Shown: positions 1 to 12,185 of the stretch, piece by piece
Position numbering within the stretch: position 1 is the stretch's first letter
How the letters are laid out: each line of letters starts with the position of its first letter
NCBI GenBank assembly: GCA_020137815.1
Contig: CM035356.1
Location: 5,828,001-5,892,000 of the forward strand
DNA length: 64,000 bases
Origin: Hormiphora californensis
Taxonomy: Eukaryota > Animalia > Ctenophora
Direction: 5' to 3'
Made by a program: the position numbers and the translations under genes
The notes under the pieces: model-generated
Told to the model about the DNA's origin: nothing
Databases searched by the model: none
Seen by the model: the letters and a program-made list of their open reading frames with translations, nothing else

Positions 1-1606
1 CTCCATCTCTCAGCTATCCTACCCCTCATCAACTCGATCTCTCAGCTACCCTACCCCTCATCTACTCCATCTTTCAGCTACCCTACCCCTCATCTACTCC
101 ATCTTTCAGCTACCCTACCCCTTATCTAGTCCATCTCTCAGCTACCCTACTCCTCATCTACTCCATCTCTCAGCTTCCCTATTAGGGAAGCATAGAGATG
201 GAAACGATTAGGGGTAGGGAATCCCTATCCATAATCGTTTCCATCTCTATGCTTCCCTAGCCCTCATCAACTCCATCTTTCAGCTACCCTACCCCTAATC
301 TAGTCCATCTCTCCGCTACCCTACTCCTCATCTACTCCATCTCTCAGCTACCCTACCCCTTATCTAGTCCATCTCTCAGCTACCCTACTCCTCATCTACT
401 CCATCTCTCAGCTTCCCTATTAGGGAAGCATAGAGATGGAAACGATTAGGGGTAGGGAATCCCTATCCATAATCGTTTCCATCTCTATGCTTCCCTAGCC
501 CTCATCAACTCCATCTCTCAGCTTCCCTACCTCCCATTTACTCCATCTCTCAGCTTCCCTACCTCCCATTTACTCCATCTCTCAGCTACCCTACCCCTCA
601 TCTACTCCATCTTTCAGCTACCCTACCCCTTATCTAGTCCATCTCTCAGCTACCTTACTCCTCATCTACTCCATCTCTCAGCTTCCGCCTTCCCTATTAG
701 GGAAGCATAGAGATGGAAACGATTAGGGGTAGGGAATCCCTATCCATAATCGTTTCCATCTCTATGCTTCCCTAGCCCTCATCAACTCCATCTTTCAGCT
801 ACCCTACCCCTAATCTAGTCCATCTCTCCGCTACCCTACTCCTCATCTACTCCATCTCTCAGCTACCCTACCCCTTATCTAGTCCATCTCTCAGCTACCC
901 TACTCCTCATCTACTCCATCTCTCAGCTTCCCTATTAGGGAAGCATAGAGATGGAAACGATTAGGGGTAGGGAATCCCTATCCATAATCGTTTCCATCTC
1001 TATGCTTCCCTAGCCCTCATCAACTCCATCTCTCAGCTTCCCTACCTCCCATTTACTCCATCTCTCAGCTTCCCTACCTCCCATTTACTCCATCTCTCAG
1101 CTACCCAACCTCCCATTCACTCCATCTATCAGCTTCCCTACCTGCCATTTATTCCATCTCTCAGCTACCCAACCTCCCATTCACTCCATCTATCAGCTTC
1201 CCTACCTGCCATTTATTCCATCTCTCAGCTTCCCTACCTCCATTTTAACTCCATCTCCACTTCGCTACCCCCCCTTATTTCCCATTCTCACCCCCCAACC
1301 CCCCATTCCCCTCTATCGCTCCCTACCCCCCTTTACTCCACCCCTCACTTCCCTCCTCCCTTTTTACCCCCCCTCACTTCCTCCCTCCCATTTACCCACC
1401 CCTGCCTCCCTTTTACCCATCTTCGTACCCTCCCCCCCATTCACTCCATCTCTCAGCTACCCTACCCCCAAATTTACTCCCATCTCTGCTTCCTACCTCC
1501 TTTTCCCATTTTCCAGTTACCCCTACCTGCCTTTTATTTCCTCTTTCAGATCCCACCTCCCTTTTACCCATCCTCAGCTTACCACCTCCCATTTACTCCA
1601 TTTTTC
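1..1606 (+). repeat. ~32-bp C/T-rich satellite (CTCCATCTCTCAGCTACCCTACCCCTCATCTA) with four embedded 77-bp hairpins and higher-order periodicity
   Basis: Monomer repeats throughout. Hairpin TAGGGAAGCATAGAGATGGAAACGATTA...TAATCGTTTCCATCTCTATGCTTCCCTA starts at 183, 421, 698 and 936 (spacings 238, 277, 238). Sequence degrades after ~1250. Confidence 0.9.
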
Positions 1607-2160
1607 CAGCGGTTGCGGACTGTGTGCTACACTCTAAGCAAGTGGACTTATTCAAAATTTTAGTTTTGAAAAAGGCCAAAAAGTCTAAACTCAGGAGACT
1701 CTATATCTAAAAGTTACACAGGGGGGACTCCTTAAAAGTCTAAACAAAGGGGGACTCTAATCTACATAAATCAAAATTAGATATAGAGTCCGCCTTTCGC
1801 CCGCGAACTCGAGATTTCGGCCGTTGCCGGAAACGGTTTTTGTCTAACCCCTATATAATTTAGAATTTTAGGGCCGTTTTTGGGGTTCGGGGGTTGGGGT
1901 TTTGGGTTAGTGTTGGGGTTTAGGTTTTTGGGTTGGGTTAGGATTTTAGAATAGGTGGGGGTTTGGGAATTTGGCGCCAAAAATTACTAGGGGACCTTTC
2001 TAAAAATTCTCAAGGGCGGACTTTTTATCTAAAAGTCTACACAGGGAGGGTCTTTTCTAAAATTTTTCAAAAATTTTTAAAATGTAGTAAAGAGTCCCTT
2101 TTTGAATAGATCCCCCTTTGATTTAGATAAAGATCCGTTAGCACTAGAGTCCGCCCCCCC
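1607..2160. mobile_element. Probable non-autonomous DNA transposon inserted in the satellite
   Basis: Inverted ends GCGGACTGTGTGCTA / TAGCACTAGAGTCCGC, internal GGACTCTATATCTAAAAGT-type subrepeats and a degenerate (GGGTTA)-like centre. Error-rich, so no TSD is readable. Confidence 0.45.
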
Positions 2161-3428
2161 CTCCTCCCACCCTCCCATTTAATTTCCCCTCGCTTCCCAC
2201 CTCCCATTTACTCCCCTCTCTCAGCTACCAACCCCCCATTCACTCCTCTACAGTACCCTACCCTCCCTTTATCCTCCCTCAGCTTCCCCACCCCCCTTTA
2301 ACTCCATCCCCCAGCTTCCCTCCTCCCCTTTACTCCACCCTGCCTCCCCTTTACTCCATCTCTACTAAACCCCACCTCCCATTTACTCCATCCTTCCTTT
2401 CCCCACCCCATTTTCTCCACCCCTCAGCTTTCCCCACCCCCATTTACCCATCCTAGCTTCCCCCCTCCCATTTATTTCCCCTCTATTTTCCAACTTCCTA
2501 CCCCCGAAAATGGGGTAAAAGGAGGGAGGAATGAAATGGAGTAAAGGGGGGTAGGAAAACTGAAGAGGAGTAAATGGGAGGTAGGAAACGAAGATGGAAA
2601 ATGGGGGGTAGGTAACTAGAGATGGGAAAAGGGAGGGAGGGTTTCTAAGATGGGTAATGGCAGGGAGGGAAGCGATAGGGGTAATGGGGGGTAGGAAAAA
2701 CTGGAAAATGGAGTAAAAGGGGGGGAGGGGAGCGAGAGATGGGGTAAATGGGAGGGAGGGAAGTGAGGGATGGGGTAAATGGGGGGTAGGGGAAATGGAT
2801 TGGAGAAAGGGAGGTAGGAAAGCTGAGAGTGGGGGTAAAAAGGCGGTAGGGGAAACTGAGATATGGAGTAAATGGGAGGTAGGGAAACTGAGAATGGAGA
2901 AATGGGGGGTAGGGGAACTGAGAGATGGGGTAAATGGAGGTAGGGTACTGAGAGTGGGTAAATGGAGGTAGGGTAGCTAGATATGGGGTAAAGGGGGGGT
3001 AGGGAAACTGAGAGATGGAGTAAATGGGGGTAGGGTAGTGAGAGATGGGTAAAAGGGAGGTAGGGGAAACGAGGGGGGGATAAAAGGGGGGGTAGGGAAC
3101 TGAGAAAGGGAGTAAATGGGAGGTGGTATCAGAGATGGGTAAATGGGGGGTAGGAAGTGAGATATGGGGGTAAAGGGAGGGGTAAGCTGAGGAAAGGGGA
3201 AACGATTTTGGATAGGGTTTTCCCCACCCCTAATCGTTTTTCCCTCCTTGCTTCCCCTAATAGGAAAGCTGAAGGGGTGGGTAGAGAGGATAGGGGAGCT
3301 GAGAGATGGACTAGTAGGGGTGGGTAGCTGAAAGATGGGGTAGATGAGGGGGAGGGGACTAAAAAGGGGTAGATGAGGGGGAGGGGGCTGAGAATGAGTT
3401 GATGAGGGGGAGGGTAGCTAGAGATGGA
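2161..3428. repeat. Continuation of the 32-bp satellite, switching to reverse-complement orientation at ~2510
   Basis: 2510-3428 consists of GAGATGGAGTAAATGGGAGGTAGGGAAGCTGA-like units. 3195-3428 mirrors positions 1-260, including one hairpin. Confidence 0.75.
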
Positions 3429-4368
3429 TGATCAAGATCAAAAATATTGATTCGGGACCGCCCCTCCCCAACTCCCGTGTTTCCCGCCATGTTTTGCATG
3501 CTGTGTGAGAGTTAACGCGAGCGGTCCCAAAACATGACACGACATGCAACACACACAACACGACTGCGAGGGGTGCGAATTTCATTATTTTGAAATTTTT
3601 GGGGGGTTTCGATTTTTTTTTTTGGTCGGGAAGGTGAAAAGGCCGGTAAGTGGTAAAAATAGATTAAAAACTGTACGCCTCAAACGGGGGATTTTTCCTT
3701 CTTTTCGGGTTTCCCGGGAAAGGCCCCCCAAAAGTTGGTGTCTCAAACGCTGAAACGGGTCACGCGAGGGAAAAAGGGCATAGTTTGCTGTACTTCCGTT
3801 TTTCACGGGACTTGAACGAGGGTGGGCGGCAAAGGGGTACCCTTTCTGGTATCCTTACATTGTGTATTAAATCTAAAATGACTGAGCAGCATGCTTGTTA
3901 ATGAACCTTGACGTGTTTGCTTGTCTCGCAAGTGCGCTCGCGACTAGCAAACACGACATGCAGTTCACACCCTGGTAAAGGGATGGATTGAGTGAGGGGA
4001 ACGCTCATTATCATGGGCGGGAGTTCAGAGATATAGAGGTTCAGCAGATATAGACATGGACAGATAAAAACTGGTCAATACAATTAGAAAAGAATGAAAA
4101 ATAGATTTTGGACCAAACTTTTTGCTACCAGAAGTCCACCCTTTTTTCGTTTTACAGGTCATAGTTCCAAGCCTAACTGGTAAGATATAATATAATTTTT
4201 GGAGGGAAGGAAGAACATGCAAAGTTTAAATCTCTATTTTATCATGGGACGTAGATATCTCAGATTGTGCCAAATCAAGGGTCGGCTGACAGTTTTAAAA
4301 TATATCCGACATTAAGTGGGCTGCAGCCGGCTGTGGGCAAGAATAAGCGAGGCGGTTAGACGTTAGTA

Positions 4369-4487
<119 letters not shown>

Positions 4488-4643
4488 GGGGGAGGTGAGT
4501 TAGAGGAAGGAACGAGCGAGAAGAAAGGAATTAGCTGTTGTACAGATACACATCGCACGTTTATTACACGGAGAAAAAGAGAAACGAACTACGAAAAGTA
4601 TTACACTTGATTGCGATGGTGATGATGATGATGATAATGAGGT

Positions 4644-4700
<57 letters not shown>

Positions 4701-5627
4701 AGAGTTTATAGTTAATAGCATGACTCGTTTTTGGTTTAATCAACTCAAACACTCACACACTTATGACACACAACACACTCACACATTTACACACTAAATC
4801 GTAATGGCATCATGTCCTGGAGCTTCGCCAGCTCATGAATCATGTTGCATGAGAAAGGATATAGGGAGAGGGAGGGAGAGAGGGAGAAAGATGGGATAGG
4901 ATATATGGAGAGAAAGAGAGGGGGAGGGAGAGAGATAGGATATAGGGAGAGGGAGAGAGATAAGATAGAAATTATAGGGCGAGGGAGGGAGAATGGAGTT
5001 AGGGGAGGATAGAAAAAGAGGATAGTATATGATGAGGGGAGCTAGAGAGGACTTTCTAATGTCTGAGAATGTCAGATACTCTAAAACGTGGTATGTTGGA
5101 ATTTCCAAATTGGAAAAATGAAGAGAGGGCATCCTGATTTTGCTTCCTACACATACATATAGCGCTCTAAATCCTTTATTCCTCTTTGTGACTTTCATAA
5201 GCTTCCCCTTCTTTATCTTTATCACTCTCTCTCTCTCTCTCACTCCCCCTCTCTCTCTCTCTCTCACCCGTTCTCTCACCCCTCTCTCCTTTTATTCAGC
5301 TATACTTATCATTGCATGCCATTATACCTTTCTCCATTACACTACAGACATATGCAAAACCAACGTGTCCGTATTACAGCAGCTTGGAACATGTACAGAT
5401 CTAACCAAACTTTCTCTCCTTTAAAGATATTATAGTGCTGATATACTATGAAGAAGGTGTAAATATTATTCAGAGTTCCTTTTGGCGACATTCCTAGGAT
5501 TCTGGATGCCCTCTAGGGAATTAAATTGAAACGCAGCTAACGGGAGCTATTATAATGAGTACTGCTTGTATTAAGAACGGGTGAGAGATGTTAACATAGT
5601 GTAATAAAAAGTGAGATACATTATGTA

Positions 5628-6553
5628 CAGTCGGACCCCGATTTAGTGGCATCCTCGGGGGAAAAAAAACCTGCCCCTAAAACGGGGTTCCACTTAAAAC
5701 GGGGGTGACCCTATTTGGGCCCCTAAAAACCCATTTTATGGCCCCCAAAACCCATCCCAAAACCAGAAAACCTCAACGGGTTTTATGCAATGTTCTGGTT
5801 CCCTTGGGGTTTTTATTATCATTTCTGAAATTTGAAATAGAAAACTTTAAAAAAAATTTTTTCCAAAAAATTTTGGGAAAAATTTTTTTAAATTTTTAAA
5901 CCCCCCTCCCGATTTTGTGTCGAATCGGTGCAGCTTACTGGATATCCTGTTTTGCTTTTACGGGGTTTGAAACGAACCGATACTTGATACCATGCCGTTT
6001 GGGGGAAAACCCCCAACAGGGGAGGGAAATAAAAAATTTTAAAATAACTTTTTCCCCCCAAAAATTTTTGGGGGAAACACCGATCAAAGCATTGGCAATC
6101 CTTTAAAAAAAATTTTTGGGAAAAAAAAGGGGTTTTTAAAAAAATTTTTTTAAAGGTATACCGCCACGTCCCCAATCCTGTTTTTGAACGGTTTCAATCT
6201 TTTTGGCAGGTCCTGCACTAATTTTGACGGGTTTGGGCCCAACGAAACGGGGGATCCCCAAACGAATCGAAAATTTTTTAACGCAATTTGGGGAAACCCG
6301 TGATTCAATTTCCCCCCGGGGGGGCCCCTTTGGGGTTTACGTATCGGTTTTGTTTTCCCAACCCCTCTAAATTTCACAAAACATGGGGATAAATTTACTG
6401 ATTCGAAAAACGTTTTGGGTGGCTGGTGTTTTTTTTTGAAAAAAATTTTTAAAAAAAATTTTACAAAAAAAATTCAAAAAAATTTTTGGGGGAAAAAAAA
6501 CCTGCCACTAAATCGGGGTGCCCTAAACGGGGGCCCAAAACGGGGTCCCGCCG
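5628..6553. mobile_element. Tc1/mariner-pogo-type non-autonomous element, long member of the CAGTCGGACCCCGATTTA family
   Basis: Left end TA|CAGTCGGACCCCGATTTAGTGGCA, degenerate right end TGCCACTAAATCGGGG...CGGGGTCCCGCCG|TA. Interior is error-rich. Confidence 0.6.
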
Positions 6554-8117
6554 TATTTTTTTGTATTTAAAATGAATTAAGTGCATCTTGTGATGTTCGG
6601 AGGAGAAAGAGACGTGGTGAGAGACACGAGAGAGAGAGAAGTGGGCGTGTATGAAGCCGTACAAGACACCAAGATATACACACACAGTCACATTCTCTCT
6701 CTAATCTTCACCCCCGCTTTTCGTCATCCACATTGGCGCTGCCAGCTCTGAATACGGGAAAAAAATTTAATTACTTTGGGAAAATTTTAGGCCACCAAAA
6801 ATCAAATAAGGGTTTTTACAATAATTGAAATTTGGATATCGAGAAAAATTCATTTCGGAGTATTTTTCGCCCCTCCATACTATCCAAAATGCACCTCGGG
6901 AACATTCGTATCAATCTCCCACGTAATATAACACATTTTATTGCTTTTTGATTGAAAAAGTCTTCTGTTTCTATTAAAAAACCCAGAACACTTTCAATAC
7001 GGAATTGGGTTTTTCTGAGAAACAAACCGTTCTCGGGGCTACTGCTCAGGGGGGATGAAAATTGAATAGAGAGAGAGAGAGGGAAGGGGAAATGGGAAGA
7101 GAGAGGGGGATAAAAAAAAAATACCATGGGGAATATTTTTGGGGGGCGAGTTTTCTGGGGTTCTTATTCTTCTTCTCTCTGCTTCCTCTCCTCCCCTCTC
7201 CTTTGTAGGGGAAAAGTGCCGGGAAAACCCCTTTTTTCCCTTGTGTATTCGGGTACTGACAAAAACAAATTAACCTCTTTTTTTTTTTTTTTTGGCAAAA
7301 AACGAAACCCCCCCCTTTTTTGGGAAAGGGGGAAGTATTAAGAAAATACATTTAAAAAAATAGGGAAAAGTGTGGGGTCTTTTTATTGAGGTGTTAAAAT
7401 TTCAACCGCTTGGGTGTCTGTGCGTAAGGTGCCTCACATCATACGATTTGCTCACAAAAACTGGTGGATAGAAAATGGGCCCGGGGGGCTCAAAATAACG
7501 GTTAGGAAAGGGGGGGGCTTAAAAACCGGTTTGGGGGGGGGGGCAGGGGCTAAAATTTCAAAAAACCGGGGAAAACTACCCTGCTTCCCGAGGGGGTTTT
7601 CCAGCATTTTTTCCCTTCCCGTTTTTCACCAAGCACTGAAAATTAGGTTCGTGGGGGCCTTTTCCTCCCCTTGAAAATGAAATGGGGACTCTGAGGAAAA
7701 AAAGGGCCCATGGTTGGAATGCGAGAGAAAAGAAGGGCACGAAAAAAAGGGGGAGGAATGAGGGGGAAATAGAGATTTTAAGGAAAAAATAATTGAACAA
7801 CTACGGAAGATATAAAAGGGAGGGAACATTTGGGGATTGTCCTTTGGGGTTTATACAAAAAGACAATTTTTCTCCCCTTTGGGAGAGTAGGGTTCCTTTT
7901 TAAGGGGGGGCCTAAAAAAAATTTTTTTGGCCCCTTTAAAGTTTCCCAGGGAAAAAAATTTTCCCCCCCAAATTTTCCCGGTAAAAGAAAAAAAATCAAA
8001 AAAAATTTCAATAAAAGGGGGACTTTCTTAACCCCCCCCCATTTGGGAAGCCCCCGGGACCCAACCCAACCCCTCTTTTTCGCGCCCCCCCCCCCCCCCC
8101 CCCCCTTTTTCCCCCCC

Positions 8118-8151
<34 letters not shown>

Positions 8152-8990
8152 CCCCCCCCCCCCCCCCCCCCACACCCCCGAAAACCCCCCCCCACCCCCC
8201 AAAATTTTTTTCGTTCCCCCAAATTTTTTTTTTTTTTTTTGGTTTCCCCCCCCCCCCCGGGGGGGGGGGGGCCCCCCCCCCCCCCCCGGGGCCCGGGGAT
8301 TCTTTTTTTTTCCCCCCCCGGTCTCTTTTTCTTCTTCTTTTAGGTCTTGTTTCCCTTTTTTTTGGGGGGGTTTCTTTTTCTTTTGTTTCCTTTCCCTCCT
8401 TTCCCTTGCTCTCTCCTTTCATCCGGGGGGTTTTTTTTCCATTTTTTTTTGGTTTCCCTTTTCTCTTTTTTTTTGGTTCTTTTTCTCTCTTCTTTTTTTT
8501 CTCCAGGGGTTTTTTTTCTTCCCTCCCACCTGGGGGGGGGCCTTTTTGTTCCCCCTTCCCTTTTTTTTAATTTTTTTGGCCTGCCCCCCTTTTCCTCCCC
8601 CTTTTTTTTTTTGGCCCTTTCCCCCCCCATTTGGCAAAACCCCCCCTTTTTTTTCCCAAAGGCCGGCACAAACAAAAATTTTTTTCCCTCTCCTGCTTAA
8701 CCTTGCGTAGCCTTTTTCCCCCAACCATCCCCACCACCTCCCGGTTTATTTTTCTTTAGGGCCCCCTCCCCCGGGAGGGGATTACTTCTCCACGGTTGCT
8801 TCTACTAGGGGTCTTGGGGGGATTTGGGCCCGGTTTGGTTCGGGTTTGGGAATTTTTTAGGTGGGGGTTTCGGCGGGTTGTGAAAAGCACTCGCAGGGGA
8901 GCGCCCAGGGCCAGTATCCTCTCCCCTGACCCTTCTTCTCTTTTCATTTTCTCTAAATTTTTTCCCCCCTATCTCTCGCTCTCCTCGCTC

Positions 8991-9057
<67 letters not shown>

Positions 9058-9542
9058 GCTATTGACAGTCCGTCAATGGGAGGCAGCCGGGATTTTGTCC
9101 TTTAAGTATGCATTTCATGTGTATTTATAAACTCTATCTTTCTTATCATCCTCCTATCGCTCTATCTCTCTCTGTCTATCTCTCTCTCTATCTCTCCCTC
9201 TCAGCTCTCTCTCACTTTATATCTTTACCCTTGAGCTTAACCATTTTTCACGAACACTATCAAATCGCACGATCAGCACACGGCTATCACTCCCGTCTCA
9301 CACACGAACATATACATGCTTGCTCACGAACATTTGACCCCGCTTCCACACCCTGCTTTTCAACTAGCCTCTAGGGTGTCGTCACATGCTACGTCAAGAA
9401 GTCCAGTTGACTACATACTGCAAGCTTTACTGTCAGTGATTGGGCAACAGAATTGCATAGAGCACCCGAGATTGGGTGTTCGCAGTATACGGTTAATACC
9501 GGTTTCAACTGGATGACTGCAGAGATGATCACCTCACATGTA

Positions 9543-10888
9543 CCGTAAGTTGGGGTAACTTTGTACCACTTTTTAGCATTCTCCTAAAATAACTCCTTGC
9601 CAGAACCACACTCGAAAATGTTTGAACCAAATAATCCCGTTCCAGACCCAGTACACCAGATATAACTAGTGAAATTTTTGGTCCCGTATCATTTAATTAG
9701 ACTAATTAACACGTATTTTAGTGTAAGTGGGGTTTTAGGGCATGGGGTAACTTTGGAATGAGGGTGGACACTTTGGACACATTTTGCAATGATAAATAAA
9801 TGAACATAAAATGTTTAGGTTTTCGATATGAGCGTTTGTAGAGTTGCCTTAGACCCTCTCTGACTTGTTTAGGACCATATGACCCAGATTCAGCCCAATC
9901 CACACCCGTTTTCATCCATCTACTCGCTAAATGTAGTGAATAAACGAGGATTTGGTCTATTTTATGGAGCTAAATCACAAACAACCGTCCTAAAACACAT
10001 CAAACTTCAATAATTTGGGGTCCCTCATCCACACTCTAGCTTGGTACGTGGTATTGGGCCCCTAGGCGGCAGTATTAGCTCTTTTTACTGAATTGGACCG
10101 CCAGGAAGTGGCCGGACACTTATGGGTACTGGCTAAATAAAGGAGTTTTGGTGCCTGTGTTCCTGCATAGATTGTCCACAAGAACTAATAGACTCGCCTA
10201 GAGGGTCAATACCATCTACCAAGCTACAGAATGGATGAGGGACCCCAAATTATTGAAGTTTGATGGTTTTCAGGTCGGATTTCTATGATTTAGCTCCATA
10301 AAGTAGAACTAATTCTGTTTTTTTATTACCTTAGAGAATATATCGATAAAAATGGGCATGGATCGGGCTATATCTTGGTCAGATGGTTCTAAACAAGTCA
10401 GAGAGGGTTTAAGGCAACTCTGCAAACATCAAAAGTTCAAAACATGTAGTATGGGGTAACTTTGGCACCCCGTCCAAAGTTACCCCAAAATTCAAAATAT
10501 GGTGGGGTAACATTAGCCACCCCAATTTGTCTCAATTAAAGTAATTGGTCGGATTCGAAAAATGGTGCCCCGAATTATTTGATCGAAACCCTTCCACTCT
10601 ATGGAGCAAACTTGATTCTATCATTTGCCCGGTCAGATCTATGGTACCCATTTTGATTTGAACATTTTTAGCGATTTTGACATCAATTATGTTTGACCCT
10701 AATTAGGAACTAATTAGCATAGACTTGGAAAAAATAATTGTACCGTTAGTTAGACATTTGTGGGTCAGTTACTTGTGCACCCAAAAATTTTTCCAAATCT
10801 CTCGTTATCTGTTGGTAATTTTGGACTAAAGCCAAATTTTGAAAGTGTCCAAAGTTACCCTGCAAAACAAAGTTACCCCAGATTACGG
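9543..10888. mobile_element. pogo/Tc-type non-autonomous DNA transposon (~1.35 kb)
   Basis: TA|CCGTAAGTTGGGGTAACTTTG ... CAAAGTTACCCCAGATTACGG|TA (21-bp TIR, 2 mismatches, TA TSD). GGGGTAAC motif recurs inside, with internal inverted arms ~9825-10065 / 10195-10435. Confidence 0.85.
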
Positions 10889-12050
10889 TATGTTGTATAG
10901 ACGCTGTCAGACTTAGCCCGCCTGACCTGCCTTCGTGATTGAAGCAAATAGGGTCAGGCAATTGCCTGACAGGGTTCACATGATGAGGTAGGGGGGTGAC
11001 AGATATAGGAACGATGAAGACGCAAAAAAAAAAAAAAAAACATATATTTTAAACATGAAAGACCTCTAATGGGGGACTTTGTTTATTTTGCCCCGCTCTG
11101 TAACATACTGAAACATACTGTCATTGTCCTTAATTACTTCCCTATAATTCTCTCTTACGACAGTGTCTGTCTCACAGTTTGTTGCCGTTTGGTTCCACCG
11201 TAATTTCTACACACACAGACACACACACACACAGACATACCGTGTCAATTTTTATATTGACACACACACGCAGTACTACCCGCAGTGCACACACCTACAT
11301 ACCGACAGACACAGACATACACACCCTAGATTTAGCACAGGTCGGTAATTAAACACACACGCAAAAGTATATATCTGTTGGTGCTGGTGGGGGCCTGAGA
11401 GAAATCTGTGGAGAGCAACATTACACTAATAGTATACGTGTGGTAACACATTAATTTAGTTCTTCTTCAGACCATGACATAATAATATGACTCTTATACT
11501 GGGTGTTCATGTTGGATCTTTACAATCGCCCAAAGAAACATTGAGATTTGATTTGACAGAATTATCTTATGAAACTGCATATTACATATATTTGAACTAT
11601 AATTCTCTACCAGATCATTCAAGGTTTCTCTTGCGCCCCGTGAAGCCTATAGCAAAGGCCAACGCTTGTCTAGATCCCACATGAACACCCTGTATAATAT
11701 GCCTACAGCAGTAATATGACATGTTGTTGGTTTAGCTACACACTGTAATGAGCATCTCACAACTACTCACTACTACACCCAGCATACTGAATACTGATGT
11801 AACCGAAGGATCATGTTTCATATGCTTAGTATACCACACACGCACATTACAAATGCCATCCATATCCCATATATATCGCCGCCGAAAATTAAAAACGAAC
11901 CAAGAAGTTGAAAAAAGTATTCTCATCTTCCCGCAAAAATGAGATAACCCTGAGAGCGAGAGAAAGAAAAAGATAGATACAGATAGAGATAAAGAAAGAC
12001 AGATAAAGAAAGGCAGATAAAGAGAAAGACAGACAGATCCATTAAATTAC

Positions 12051-12185
12051 CTTGAGAGAGTTCCTCTCATCCTCCCATCGGATTTTGTCCAGCTCATAGT
12101 TGCTGAACTCGTGTTGCAGGTAGTGAAGTATACCAGGAACTGAATACCTGGTACCCGTGGCACCCCCCTCCAGGCTCTCTGACAT
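12051..12185 (-). CDS. STRN: Exon encoding the striatin-family N-terminal coiled-coil domain (partial gene)
   Basis: Translates MSESLEGGATGTRYSVPGILHYLQHEFSNYELDKIRWEDERNSLK, matching the striatin motif YSLPGILHFIQHEWARFEMERAHWEVERAELQ. AG acceptor at 12205-12206 and GTAAT donor after 12051. Downstream exons not confidently found. Confidence 0.75.

Noticed and set aside
1870-1975. Telomere-like (GGGTTA) tract
   Set aside because: Short, degenerate and internal to a repeat element, so not a chromosome end.
7040-8960. Long G/K/P/F-rich ORFs (e.g. 7778-8422, 7830-8570)
   Set aside because: Products of homopolymer-inflated, error-rich sequence, with no domain signal.
11885-11950. Possible second striatin exon (VISFLREDENTFFNFLVRF)
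   Set aside because: Phase is incompatible with the 12051 donor and the frame stops; similarity is weak.
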